Positions 55,497 to 64,000 of a DNA stretch of 64,000 bases are shown here, piece by piece (the first letter of the stretch is position 1; every line of letters begins with the position of its first letter). This stretch comes from Oscillospiraceae bacterium (GTDB lineage: Bacteria > Bacillota > Clostridia > Oscillospirales > UBA929). Location of the stretch: the NCBI GenBank assembly GCA_009777475.1, contig WRLU01000004.1, forward strand, positions 8,582-72,581, written 5' to 3'. The translations under genes were made by a program, and so were the position numbers. Below the pieces are notes generated by a model, which was not told the DNA's origin, ran no database searches, and worked only from the letters and a program-made list of their open reading frames with translations.

Positions 55497-55708
55497 TAAA
55501 ATTCCTCCTATTTATGCGTCCTCGGGGGCTGAAACGTTAGAGGCGGCAGAGGTACTGAAGATTTCAATTTTAATCTTACCATTCCCCACATGATGTGCTG
55601 AATCCGGATTATAACACAGGAACGGAAAGGTGTAAACCGGGCCTGTTCGCTTGGCGGGGGACAGTTATGGGTTTTAGCGTATATATTTGCGCATATGAAA
55701 ATTTCGTC

Positions 55709-55737
55709 TTGCTCTTTTGTACCCTATGTGGTAAAAT
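55709..55737 (+). promoter_or_regulatory. SigA-type promoter candidate for xseB-ispA
   Basis: TTGCTC, 17-nt spacer, TGgTAAAAT extended -10. Confidence 0.45.
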
Positions 55738-55763
55738 CACTGACGTTAGGAGGTGATTGCCTT

Positions 55764-55997
55764 ATGGGGGATTCTGGCATGAAATATGAGGAGGCAATCG
55801 GGAGGCTCTCTGAGATTGTAGCGGCTTTGGATAAAGGTGATGCCTCCCTGGAAGACTCTATAAAATTGTTTGAAGAGGGGACCAGGCTAGCGGCTTTTGC
55901 GCAAAAGCTTTTGGCTGAAGCCGAGCAGAAGGTGCTTAGGCTGGTTCGCACAGAGGATGGTTCTGGGCATGAGGAGATAAGCGTTGAACAGGAATAA
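55764..55997 (+). CDS. xseB: exodeoxyribonuclease VII small subunit
   Basis: YEEAIGRLSEIVAALDKGDASLEDSIKLFEEGTRL is the XseB signature. ATG at 55764 lies 10 nt after AGGAGG (alternative ATG at 55779). Confidence 0.85.
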   Translation: MGDSGMKYEEAIGRLSEIVAALDKGDASLEDSIKLFEEGTRLAAFAQKLLAEAEQKVLRLVRTEDGSGHEEISVEQE

Positions 55998-56781
55998 ACT
56001 GCAATTTGAAGAATATAGAGGAATGATTGGGCAAGCTTTAGAGCAGCTTGTCCCGGAGAATGATGCTAATCAAGGCAGGCTGGCAGAGGCGATGCGGTAT
56101 GGTCTCTTGGGCGGCGGCAAGCGTATCCGCCCAGTCCTGTTGTTAGAAATTTGCCGGGTATCTGGCGGGAATACAGAGGCTGCGTTACCGTTTGCTTGTG
56201 CTCTGGAGATGATTCACGCCTATTCGCTGATACATGACGATTTACCATGTATGGATGACGATGATATGCGAAGAGGCAAACCGTCTGTCCACAAAAAATT
56301 CGGGGAGGCATCGGCTGTGTTGGCGGGTGATGCTTTGCAGTCGCTTGCCTTTGAAATAATCTTAAACCCGGAAAACCCAAAGGCTTTTTCAACCTCCCAG
56401 ACTATGAAGGCGGCATATATCCTGGCGCGGGCATCAGGCGTGCACGGTATGGCACACGGTCAGCAAATGGACTTAGATCAGTCTGCCTCATGGGGGCAGA
56501 TTCACGCTCTCAAAACAGGAGCCCTAATCAGTGCCGCAGCAGAAATTGGCTGTGTTTTAGGCGGGGCAAATAATCGCTTGACAGACGCCGCGGTTGCTTA
56601 CGCCAAAGCTATTGGTCGGGCATTTCAGCTCATAGACGATATGCTTGACGGTCAAAATGGCCAAGGGCAATTTGAGGAGGCAAAAAACCTGACCAATGAG
56701 GCAATATGTGCCTTGTCACCTTTTTCCGATAGGGGATTTTTAATATGGATGGCGGAAAAACTTCTTAACAGGGGGGATTAA
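55984..56781 (+). CDS. ispA: polyprenyl (farnesyl/geranylgeranyl) diphosphate synthase
   Basis: First and second Asp-rich motifs (LIHDDLPCMDDDDMRRG and LIDDMLD). TTG start 7 nt after GAGGAG, overlapping xseB by 14 nt. Confidence 0.85.
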   Translation: MNRNKLQFEEYRGMIGQALEQLVPENDANQGRLAEAMRYGLLGGGKRIRPVLLLEICRVSGGNTEAALPFACALEMIHAYSLIHDDLPCMDDDDMRRGKPSVHKKFGEASAVLAGDALQSLAFEIILNPENPKAFSTSQTMKAAYILARASGVHGMAHGQQMDLDQSASWGQIHALKTGALISAAAEIGCVLGGANNRLTDAAVAYAKAIGRAFQLIDDMLDGQNGQGQFEEAKNLTNEAICALSPFSDRGFLIWMAEKLLNRGD

Positions 56782-57228
56782 ATGCGTAACGCGGTAGAGT
56801 TTTTAACAGGCAATCACATACTGAATATTTCTATTTTAGCCTTTGTGATAGCGCAGGTTTTGAAGGTAATCATCGTTTTGATTTTTTACAAAAAATTAGA
56901 CTTCAGGCGTCTGTTTGGAGCAGGAGGCATGCCTAGCTCACATTCCTCAATAGTTTCCGCCCTGGCAGTTTCAGTTGGGAAAATGCAGGGGTACGATTCG
57001 GTATATTTCGCGATTGCCGCAGTTACTGCCTTCGTGGTTATGTATGATGCTTCAAATGTACGCCGCTGTGCAGGGGAACAGGCAAAAATTTTAAATTACA
57101 TGATGGAGCATTGGGACGAAACAACACCTGAAATTTTCACCAAAAAGCTAAAAGAACTGTTAGGGCATACACCGTTCGAGGTTTTCTGCGGTGCCGCGCT
57201 TGGCATTGCAGTCGGGCTTCTTATGTGA
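56782..57228 (+). CDS. divergent PAP2 family membrane protein (YuiD/DUF212-like)
   Basis: GGMPSSHSS motif and a four-TM profile. The ATG abuts the ispA stop codon. Confidence 0.75.
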   Translation: MRNAVEFLTGNHILNISILAFVIAQVLKVIIVLIFYKKLDFRRLFGAGGMPSSHSSIVSALAVSVGKMQGYDSVYFAIAAVTAFVVMYDASNVRRCAGEQAKILNYMMEHWDETTPEIFTKKLKELLGHTPFEVFCGAALGIAVGLLM

Positions 57229-57292
57229 GGGTAATTTGACATAACCTATTTTTTGTGATAACATGGGTGCCGGAAGGGAGTGTGTTTTTGTT

Positions 57293-58186
57293 ATGATTGA
57301 AAAAATGCGAGTCTTATTGGGCCTTGCTTTGATGATATTTATGATATTCCTTACCGGTTGCAGTCAGGAGATGGTGGACACCGAGTATTATGCATATAGT
57401 GCCGATAGTTTTTCAGAAGGTGAAGAGGACGGGACAGCAGAAGACGATAAAGCTCTTGAAGAAAATTTTGATCGTAAGATTATTCAAGACGCATCTTTGG
57501 AGATTAAGGCTGAAAACTCGCTGGTATTATATAAGGATTTGGCTGATTACGCCAAAGGCTTAGGCGGGTATGAGTTTAGCTTTGATAAGACTTATCACGA
57601 TGATGTAGAAGCTACGCTGAAAATTCCTCCCGGAAAGCTGGATGATTTTATGAGCTTTGCCGGGGAATGGGGTAAAATCGTCAGCAGTTCTATGTCTTCA
57701 CGAGATATTTCCGATTCATATTACGATGCACAAACAAGACTTAGAACCAAACGCGAAGCACTTCAGACATATTACAAGCTTCTTGAAAAAGCGGAAACGG
57801 TCGAGGAAATTGTGACATTGCAGGAGACGATAGATAAAATCACAGAGGACATTGAATCTTGGGAGGGCAAGCTCAAGAAGTGGAACAGCCAGCTGGATAT
57901 GGCAACGGTATCTCTGCTTATACGCCAGGACAATGACCCGCTCGAAATCAAAAAGGAAATCAACTGGGATATGTTAACATGGGACGACATGGGGTATTTA
58001 ATTAAAGGCGGATTTACCTCAATTGTCAATGTAATTGTGGCAGGATTTCAAATGCTTGTCATTGCCCTGCTGGCAGGTTCCCCTATTTGGGTTTTCGCAG
58101 CCTTAGTGCTTTGGATTGTGCTGAGAAGACTGAAAAAACACAAAGCAAGAAAGCAGAATGAGGACTCAGAGAAAGATCCGGAATAG
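57293..58186 (+). CDS. DUF4349-type lipoprotein with C-terminal TM anchor
   Basis: Lipobox FLTGC, a central coiled coil (DAQTRLRTKREALQTYYKLLEKA...TLQETIDKITEDIES) and C-terminal TM helices, as in DUF4349 proteins. Confidence 0.65.
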   Translation: MIEKMRVLLGLALMIFMIFLTGCSQEMVDTEYYAYSADSFSEGEEDGTAEDDKALEENFDRKIIQDASLEIKAENSLVLYKDLADYAKGLGGYEFSFDKTYHDDVEATLKIPPGKLDDFMSFAGEWGKIVSSSMSSRDISDSYYDAQTRLRTKREALQTYYKLLEKAETVEEIVTLQETIDKITEDIESWEGKLKKWNSQLDMATVSLLIRQDNDPLEIKKEINWDMLTWDDMGYLIKGGFTSIVNVIVAGFQMLVIALLAGSPIWVFAALVLWIVLRRLKKHKARKQNEDSEKDPE

Positions 58187-58255
58187 GGTGATTTGTATAA
58201 AACATATTGCATTGGGGAAGCTACAGCAATTATCAAGTAAAGGTCGTGTTTCCCT

Positions 58256-60160
58256 ATGCAGGTTCAAACACCTAACAGGCTCATAAACGAAACCTCCCCC
58301 TATCTGCTTCAACACGCCGGAAATCCGGTTGACTGGTTCCCTTGGAGTCGGGAGGCATTTGAAAAAGCAGAGATGGAAGATAAACCTATTTTTCTTTCGA
58401 TCGGCTATTCTTCATGTCACTGGTGCCATGTCATGGAACGTGAGGTTTTTGAAATTCCTCAGGCTGCACAAGCTCTTTCCGACTTTATAAGCATCAAGGT
58501 TGACCGTGAAGAGCGGGGCGATGTTGACGCGCTATATATGGAAGTCTGTCAGCTTATGACCGGGAGTGGCGGGTGGCCGCTGAGTATTTTTATGACACCG
58601 GACAAACAGCCGTTTTTTGCCGCAACCTATCTACAGCTTGACCATTTTTGCCATTTAGCCGGGCAAATAACGGTGCTTTGGAAAGCGGACAGAAATCGGC
58701 TTTTTCAAATTTCCAGGGATATTACGCACACAATTGCGCATCCCTCTGACGGCGGCAAGACGGAATGGGATTTTATGCAGGCGGCACACTCGGCGTACGC
58801 ATCCTTGAAGGGAGACTATGATCCAGAAAACGGAGGGTTTGGCAAAGCTCCCAAATTCCCCAGCCCTCATTCTCTGATGTTTTTACAGCGCTACGGACTG
58901 TTAGTGGAAAATTCTCAGGCACTGCAAATGGCACAGTTTACCTTGGAGAGAATGTCGCTCGGAGGAATTTTCGACCAAATAGGCGGTGGATTTTGCCGCT
59001 ATTCCACGGACGAAAGGTATCTTACCCCCCACTTTGAAAAAATGCTGTATGACAACGCCATGCTGTCAACCGTATACGCAGAGTTTGGTTTTTTTGAAAT
59101 TGCAGGGCGTACAATAGATTTTTGCATGCGTGAACTATACTGCGAGAATATAGGGGCGTTTTATACTGCAATAGATGCCGATAGCGAGGGTCAAGAGGGA
59201 AAAAGCTATCTCTTTACCCGTAAAGAGGTAATTTCAGAGCTAGGCCAGGATGATGGCACACGTTTCTGCCGGATATACGATATCACGGAGCAGGGGAATT
59301 TTGAAGGGAAAAACATCCCCAATATGCTCAAAACAGGGAAGTTGTCAGAGGAAGACGAAAGCTTTGCCGCACCCTGCCGCTCATTGCTTTTACATGCGCG
59401 TTCTCGTCGGGCTCAGCCTTTCAGGGACGAGAAAATCACACTAGGCCCCAATGCTCTTATGTTAGCGGCCCTTGCCACCTGTGGGAGATTGATGGGCAGA
59501 GAAGGCTATATAAATGCCGCAGTAAAATTAGCGCGGTTTATCCGCAGGGAAATGGCACTGGATAACCGTTTGCGTGCATCTTGGAAAAATGCTGCATCGC
59601 CGCATTTGGCAATATCTGATGATTATGCCTATCTTGCCTGGGGGCTTTATCGTTTGCACCAAGCAACACTTGACGATACGTGGCTAATCTATTGCCGTGA
59701 AGTATGTGATGATATGCTTAGTCTCTTCTCTTCAAGCGATGGGCTTTTATTTCTATCGGGCAAGGATGTTGATGATTTACCAGTACGCACAAAAAATATA
59801 TACGATGGCGCATTGCCCTCCGGTAATGCAGTTGCCGCAGGTGTTTTCCGGCGCTTGCACACTCTAACCGGAGAAGATATCTATGCCGAGGCCCTTCAAA
59901 GGATAACCCGCGCTATGGGTGCATATGCCTCAAATACACCAACGGCACACACCGCACTGCTTGCAAACCTATTATTAAGTAAAAAAAACCTGAAGGCTGA
60001 GATTCCTGTCTCTAATGAAAATATGTCCCGGGTGTGGCAGGGATTTCATCCGTTTGTATCCTTTTCTGCTGGGGAAAATGGGAATAGTGCTGCCGTTTGC
60101 AGCGGCGATAGGTGCTTCCCTCCTGTTGATACTGCTGAGGATTTGGAAAAGCTACTGTAA
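58256..60160 (+). CDS. thioredoxin-domain (DUF255) protein with six-hairpin glycosidase-like domain (YyaL/SSP411 family)
   Basis: [24 protein letters not shown]...[10 protein letters not shown]-terminus is diagnostic of this family. Confidence 0.85.
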   Translation: MQVQTPNRLINETSPYLLQHAGNPVDWFPWSREAFEKAEMEDKPIFLSIGYSSCHWCHVMEREVFEIPQAAQALSDFISIKVDREERGDVDALYMEVCQLMTGSGGWPLSIFMTPDKQPFFAATYLQLDHFCHLAGQITVLWKADRNRLFQISRDITHTIAHPSDGGKTEWDFMQAAHSAYASLKGDYDPENGGFGKAPKFPSPHSLMFLQRYGLLVENSQALQMAQFTLERMSLGGIFDQIGGGFCRYSTDERYLTPHFEKMLYDNAMLSTVYAEFGFFEIAGRTIDFCMRELYCENIGAFYTAIDADSEGQEGKSYLFTRKEVISELGQDDGTRFCRIYDITEQGNFEGKNIPNMLKTGKLSEEDESFAAPCRSLLLHARSRRAQPFRDEKITLGPNALMLAALATCGRLMGREGYINAAVKLARFIRREMALDNRLRASWKNAASPHLAISDDYAYLAWGLYRLHQATLDDTWLIYCREVCDDMLSLFSSSDGLLFLSGKDVDDLPVRTKNIYDGALPSGNAVAAGVFRRLHTLTGEDIYAEALQRITRAMGAYASNTPTAHTALLANLLLSKKNLKAEIPVSNENMSRVWQGFHPFVSFSAGENGNSAAVCSGDRCFPPVDTAEDLEKLL

Positions 60161-60231
60161 AAGAACACATGCTTCCGGAAATTTTACCGGCACGGTTAGA
60201 CAAAATGGCGATTTCCTAATCCAAGCACAGC

Positions 60232-60267
60232 AAAACCATTGAAAACATTAACGTTTTCAATGGTTTT
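60232..60267. terminator. bidirectional intrinsic terminator between convergent genes
   Basis: Perfect 15-bp stem AAAACCATTGAAAAC/attaac/GTTTTCAATGGTTTT. The A-run and T-run are part of the arms, so it can terminate both strands. Confidence 0.75.
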
Positions 60268-60335
60268 GTGCTAGGATTATCAGATGGAGCAAATATTATG
60301 TATAGACTATTTTAATACCTAGAAACCACCTTAGG

Positions 60336-61511
60336 TTATTTGACGGAGGTTATCGTCACGTACTCGTTGACACAGCCGTGGTTTTCGGCAATTGTTACTG
60401 CTCCGCCCACAATGCGAAATGAAATTACTGCATTCGGTTTTAATTTGTACACAATGTCCAGAGAAGACAATCTGGGACACTCCATATTAAGATAGCTTTT
60501 TGCGATGATGTGTCCGTCCATAAGGAGCTCTAAGCGCGGGCGGCCCTTGTCAACACTGAAAACATCCACCCCATATGATATCCTGTAGTAATGCTCATGT
60601 GACAGCGTGATTTTTGTCCTGGTATGGTCGATTGATATGCCTGATTCGCTAAGGGTAAGATCAAGCAAAAGAAGATCCCCATCATGGTAACTGGCGCATC
60701 TGTTTCTGTAGTAAGTGGCAAACGCAGGTTGGTATATTGGTCCGGACTCCCCTTTGGGGCCTGGTTCACCCCGCGGACCCCGGGGACCGGGAACGGCAGG
60801 GCCTGGGATTCCCTGGGTGCCTTGCGGCCCAATAGGGCCGGCAGGACCAGATGAACCGGATTTACCCTGTAGTCCTTGCGGCCCCCGCTCGCCTTGGCGG
60901 CCCTGCGGGCCGGTGGTGCCGCGAGGGCCAGCCTCTCCCCGCTCTCCTCGTTGACCGACTGGACCTATCGGGCCAATTGTTCCGCGTACACCTGGTTCGC
61001 CCTGCTCTCCTTTGGGGCCACGCGCACCTTCAGGACCTGGTTCCCCTTGCGGGCCGGCAGGACCGGTCGGGCCTGAGTGGCCTTCCGGACCTATTTCTCC
61101 GGTATCGCCCTTGGGACCCGGTACCCCCATCAGACCCGGCTCTCCTTGCGGGCCTTGCGGACCCTCCTGGCCCTGGGGACCTGGTATTCCCATTGGTCCG
61201 GAATCCCCTCGCTCGCCTTGGTGACCTTGTTGCCCCATTGGCCCCATCGGTCCCATTTCACCCCTGTCTCCTTGTTCTCCGCGATGACCCTGATGACCCG
61301 GCATACCGACTGGTCCACTAGGGCCCTCCGGACCGATCTCCCCTGCATCGCCTTTCGGCCCTTGCGGACCAGTCGGGCCAGTCGGCCCTGCGGGGCCGCG
61401 CGGGCCTTCGGGCCCCCTTGGGCCTGGCTGACTGCAGTGACGTTTTTCGTGCTTGCTTTTGCAACCGCAATCTTCAGATTCTAAGAATTCCTCTTGACTG
61501 GTAATGAGCAT
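60336..61511 (-). CDS. collagen-like triple-helix repeat protein with C-terminal beta-rich globular domain (BclA/exosporium-type)
   Basis: ATG at 61511 lies 8 nt after GAGGAG. A 37-aa N-terminal segment is followed by about 90 Gly-X-Y triplets with one break (GPAVPGPRG), then about 125 aa of non-repetitive C-terminal domain. Confidence 0.85.
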   Translation of the reverse strand: MLITSQEEFLESEDCGCKSKHEKRHCSQPGPRGPEGPRGPAGPTGPTGPQGPKGDAGEIGPEGPSGPVGMPGHQGHRGEQGDRGEMGPMGPMGQQGHQGERGDSGPMGIPGPQGQEGPQGPQGEPGLMGVPGPKGDTGEIGPEGHSGPTGPAGPQGEPGPEGARGPKGEQGEPGVRGTIGPIGPVGQRGERGEAGPRGTTGPQGRQGERGPQGLQGKSGSSGPAGPIGPQGTQGIPGPAVPGPRGPRGEPGPKGESGPIYQPAFATYYRNRCASYHDGDLLLLDLTLSESGISIDHTRTKITLSHEHYYRISYGVDVFSVDKGRPRLELLMDGHIIAKSYLNMECPRLSSLDIVYKLKPNAVISFRIVGGAVTIAENHGCVNEYVTITSVK

Positions 61512-61578
61512 GATTTTTTCTCCTCTCGGACTTGAGTCAGTCCTAAATATATTCAGGAGCTTCACGCATCCTGTAATA

Positions 61579-61606
61579 CATTTTATGAGACAAATCCTGA
61601 GGATGT
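61579..61606 (-). promoter_or_regulatory. SigK-type late mother-cell promoter candidate for the collagen-like gene
   Basis: Minus strand: AC (61606-61605), 17 nt, CATAAAATG (61587-61579). Compare the SigK consensus AC-17-CATAnnnTA. Confidence 0.3.
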
Positions 61607-61661
61607 TACAAGAACCGGCAGGGTTCGGCATAATTGCAGATTCCGGTGGATAACAGTGACG

Positions 61662-62372
61662 CTATTCGGTGGCACTGAAATTTGGAGGTGTTAAATTTAA
61701 ATAGCTGTCCGGTACCGAACCGACAATTACTGTTTCGGCGACACAAACCTGTGTTTCTACACGCCGTTCCGTGCTGCGTCCGGGCAGTAAAATGTCAATA
61801 TCCACTGCAATATTGATCATAACCTGATGCCGGGTCTGGTTAATTCCGGCTGTAATAAAGGCGTTGGAAAAATCAGTGTGTACCACTCCCAAGGGTACGA
61901 TTTTCACCGGGATGCGCGGGCCTCTCCCGGAAAACAGCTCACCCCGGGCAAGATTTCCCAAAGGGATTGCTAACTGATAGGCTTCAATAGACATCAGTTC
62001 CTCCAAAACATCGCTGCTGACTCCTGTTTTGAGACGGTTTATTGCCATCATGTCGGTTTTCAGAGCAGTAATTTGACCATAAATATCTTTTTCAAAAACA
62101 ATTAAATTCTCATATTCAATCTTTTCATCTATCACCCTGCTGTTTATGGCATTATTAATTGCCCTCACAGCTAAATTATCAACCCTTACAGCCGCCATTT
62201 GAAGCAAGGCCGGGCGGAAATACATGCTTAGCCAAATCACACCAGCAACAAGTAAGATTGCGCTCAAAACAAAACGGTATAATTTCACCTGCCCTTTAGC
62301 TCTGTATTTTCCGGCACTCGAAAACGCCGTAAAATGTATTTTCCGAATAAAACGCCCTATGCTCCATCTCAT
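61662..62372 (-). CDS. yunB: sporulation protein YunB
   Basis: N-terminal TM helix, then the YunB family pattern (...AVRAINNAIN..., ...IPLGNL....LFSGRGPRIPVKI.P.G.V..., ...INQTRH...). Confidence 0.8.
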   Translation of the reverse strand: MRWSIGRFIRKIHFTAFSSAGKYRAKGQVKLYRFVLSAILLVAGVIWLSMYFRPALLQMAAVRVDNLAVRAINNAINSRVIDEKIEYENLIVFEKDIYGQITALKTDMMAINRLKTGVSSDVLEELMSIEAYQLAIPLGNLARGELFSGRGPRIPVKIVPLGVVHTDFSNAFITAGINQTRHQVMINIAVDIDILLPGRSTERRVETQVCVAETVIVGSVPDSYLNLTPPNFSATE

Positions 62373-62693
62373 CTAATGCCGCCCCCTTTCAGGGACAGTC
62401 TATGCGGACAACGATATGAAAAGGACAAAAATAGTAAAAGCCCTATTGAAGATGTGTCACTGCTACAGGGGCGGCCACCCATTTGCAGATGGATAGTTCC
62501 CTTGAACCGTTGGCTGATGCCTTCGATGTGTCGGGATAGTTTTTATGGTAGCTCAACCCGATACCTACAACTTGCTTTGCGGTATTATCTGCCCGACATG
62601 CTTCGTTAAAAATTCTTGGAGACAGCTTGGTCTGCCTACGGATTTTTCGTCTTGCCTGACAGCGACAATTATTCGCCAATCAAACCGCAAATA

Positions 62694-64000
62694 TCACGTG
62701 GAACCGCTATACTGCTTGCGCCATTCACGTATTTTGGTCAGCCACTCTTTTATTTTTGCCTCCCTGCCCTGATCTGTGGGGGCATAATATTCGCTATCTG
62801 CCAACGCATCGGGGAGGCATTGCATATTTGCGATTTTATTTTCAAAATTGTGAGCGTAGAGATATTCCTTCCCATAGTCAAGCTCTCTCATTAGCCTTGT
62901 GGGGGCGTTACGTATTTGCAGAGGAACCGGCTCGGAGAGTGTTTCCAGGGCATCTTGCCTGGCCCTTTCGTATGCCATATATGCCGCGTTAGATTTAGGG
63001 GCAAGTGCGCAGTATACCGTAGCATGGGTAAGGTGTACACCGCATTCGGGCATTCCGAGAAAATGGCAGGCCTGATATGCCGCAACGGAGACCTGCAGTG
63101 CATTTGAATCTGCCAGCCCTATATCTTCGCTGGCAAAGCGTACAATCCGCCGGGCAATGTACAGCGGGTTTTCCCCTGCCTCCAGCATACGCGATAACCA
63201 ATACACACCTGCATCAGGGTCGCTGTTTCTCATGGATTTATGGAGTGCTGAAATTATGTTATAGTGTTCCTCCCCATTTTTGTCGTACAAAAGGGTTTTC
63301 CTGCCGACAGACTGCTCTAAAGCCTCATTCGTGACAACAATTTTATCCCCCTCATTCCTGCCGCATTTGACCGCCAGCTCAAGGGCAGACAGAGCCGCAC
63401 GAGCATCGCCATCTGAGAGTGAGGCCAATATTGAAAGCTTCTCGTCAGAAATTTCAACATTTAAATCACCAAAACCGCGTTTATCGGCAAGAGCCGTACG
63501 CAAAATTATGGTTAATTCCTCAACTGAGAGGGGTTTTAAAACGAATACCTTGCATCTTGAATTTAAGGCCGCATTGATTTCAAAGGAGGGGTTTTCTGTG
63601 GTGGCACCAATTAGAATTATGCTGCCCTTTTCCACAAATGGCAAAAAAGCATCCTGCTGGGCTTTGTTGAAACGGTGTATTTCATCCACAAATAAGATAG
63701 TAAGAGAACCAAGCATACGGCTGTTTTCAGCCGCTGCCATAACCTCCTTTATCTCTTTAATGCCGCTGGTGACGGCTGAAAAATTTATAAACTCAGCTTG
63801 GGTTTTTTGTGCGATAATCCGTGCCAGGGTAGTTTTGCCAACTCCCGGCGGCCCCCAGAAGATCATTGACTGAAGCAGGTCATTGTCTATCATTTGGCGC
63901 AATACGCATCCCTTGCCTAGGAGGTGCCGCTGACCCACATACTCTTCTAACGTGCGGGGACGCAAGCGTGCCGCCAGCGGAGGCAGAGCCTGACTATCGT
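62694..64000 (-). CDS. rarA: replication-associated recombination protein A (AAA ATPase RarA/MgsA); 5' end outside window
   Basis: Walker A GPPGVGKTT, DEIHRFNK, and the MgsA C-terminal domain (YDKNGEEHYNIISALHKSMRNSDPDA...). The frame stays open upstream of the TTG at 63965 (..QALPPLAARLRPRTLEEYVGQ), so the true start lies beyond base 64000. Confidence 0.9.
   Translation of the reverse strand, partial: DSQALPPLAARLRPRTLEEYVGQRHLLGKGCVLRQMIDNDLLQSMIFWGPPGVGKTTLARIIAQKTQAEFINFSAVTSGIKEIKEVMAAAENSRMLGSLTILFVDEIHRFNKAQQDAFLPFVEKGSIILIGATTENPSFEINAALNSRCKVFVLKPLSVEELTIILRTALADKRGFGDLNVEISDEKLSILASLSDGDARAALSALELAVKCGRNEGDKIVVTNEALEQSVGRKTLLYDKNGEEHYNIISALHKSMRNSDPDAGVYWLSRMLEAGENPLYIARRIVRFASEDIGLADSNALQVSVAAYQACHFLGMPECGVHLTHATVYCALAPKSNAAYMAYERARQDALETLSEPVPLQIRNAPTRLMRELDYGKEYLYAHNFENKIANMQCLPDALADSEYYAPTDQGREAKIKEWLTKIREWRKQYSGST

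Noticed and set aside
54002-55500. tRNA-Thr as an integration site for a mobile element (rmuC island)
   Set aside because: There is no integrase, excisionase or transposase nearby. I noticed no repeat of the tRNA 3' end downstream. rmuC is a common chromosomal gene.
60715-61484. Several plus-strand ORFs rich in Pro/Gly/Arg/Ala opposite the collagen-like gene
   Set aside because: They are the mirror image of GGN-CCN-rich Gly-X-Y codons, which automatically yields open antisense frames. The minus-strand frame has the RBS, the regular triplet periodicity and a globular C-terminal domain.
62443-62679. 78-aa minus-strand ORF in the rarA-yunB spacer
   Set aside because: TTG start with no Shine-Dalgarno. 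The basic low-complexity N-terminus has no family resemblance. The region is kept only as a low-interest non-coding observation.

Overview
Densely coding 64-kb chromosomal segment of an endospore-forming Firmicute. The gene content is Clostridia-like: spoIIIAA-AH, spoIIE, gerM, yunB and a Spo0A-like regulator. I recognised no rRNA, CRISPR array, transposase, integrase or phage genes, and one tRNA, tRNA-Thr(UGU). Layout: (i) 1-4.1 kb holds a Spo0A-like regulator (5' end outside the window), a GerM lipoprotein, an orphan OppD/OppF-type ATPase pair and an Rrf2 regulator. (ii) 4.2-11.3 kb is a minus-strand gene string: T-box leader (candidate specifier UGG = Trp) -> TrpP-family ECF S component -> ecfA1 -> ecfA2 -> ecfT -> iorA -> iorB -> phenylacetate-CoA-ligase-like gene. 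(iii) infC-rpmI-rplT with a leader. (iv) A consensus promoter, a 40-codon sORF and a terminator-like hairpin precede an MFS transporter, an acyl-CoA synthetase and an MBL hydrolase. (v) 17.2-25.9 kb is an operon of two paralogous hybrid histidine kinases, a sugar-type binding lipoprotein and two receiver-only proteins, with no output domain. One kinase carries a perfect 11 x 12-bp in-frame tandem repeat in its HAMP linker. (vi) A 1411-aa double-activase fusion protein. (vii) The rest: spoIIIA operon, purL, nusB, a glycosyltransferase/galE cluster, spoIIE, a LAL-type LuxR regulator, gdpP, a TGS-less thrS, tRNA-Thr, rmuC, xseB-ispA, envelope/redox proteins, a collagen-like (BclA-type) protein, yunB and rarA (5' end outside the window). 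The most noteworthy items are the Trp T-box heading a transporter/indolepyruvate-oxidoreductase/aryl-CoA-ligase string (possible Trp salvage from indoleacetate), the effector-less multi-kinase phosphorelay, and the coding VNTR in the HAMP domain. All calls rest on reading the sequence and recalling family signatures. No database search was run.
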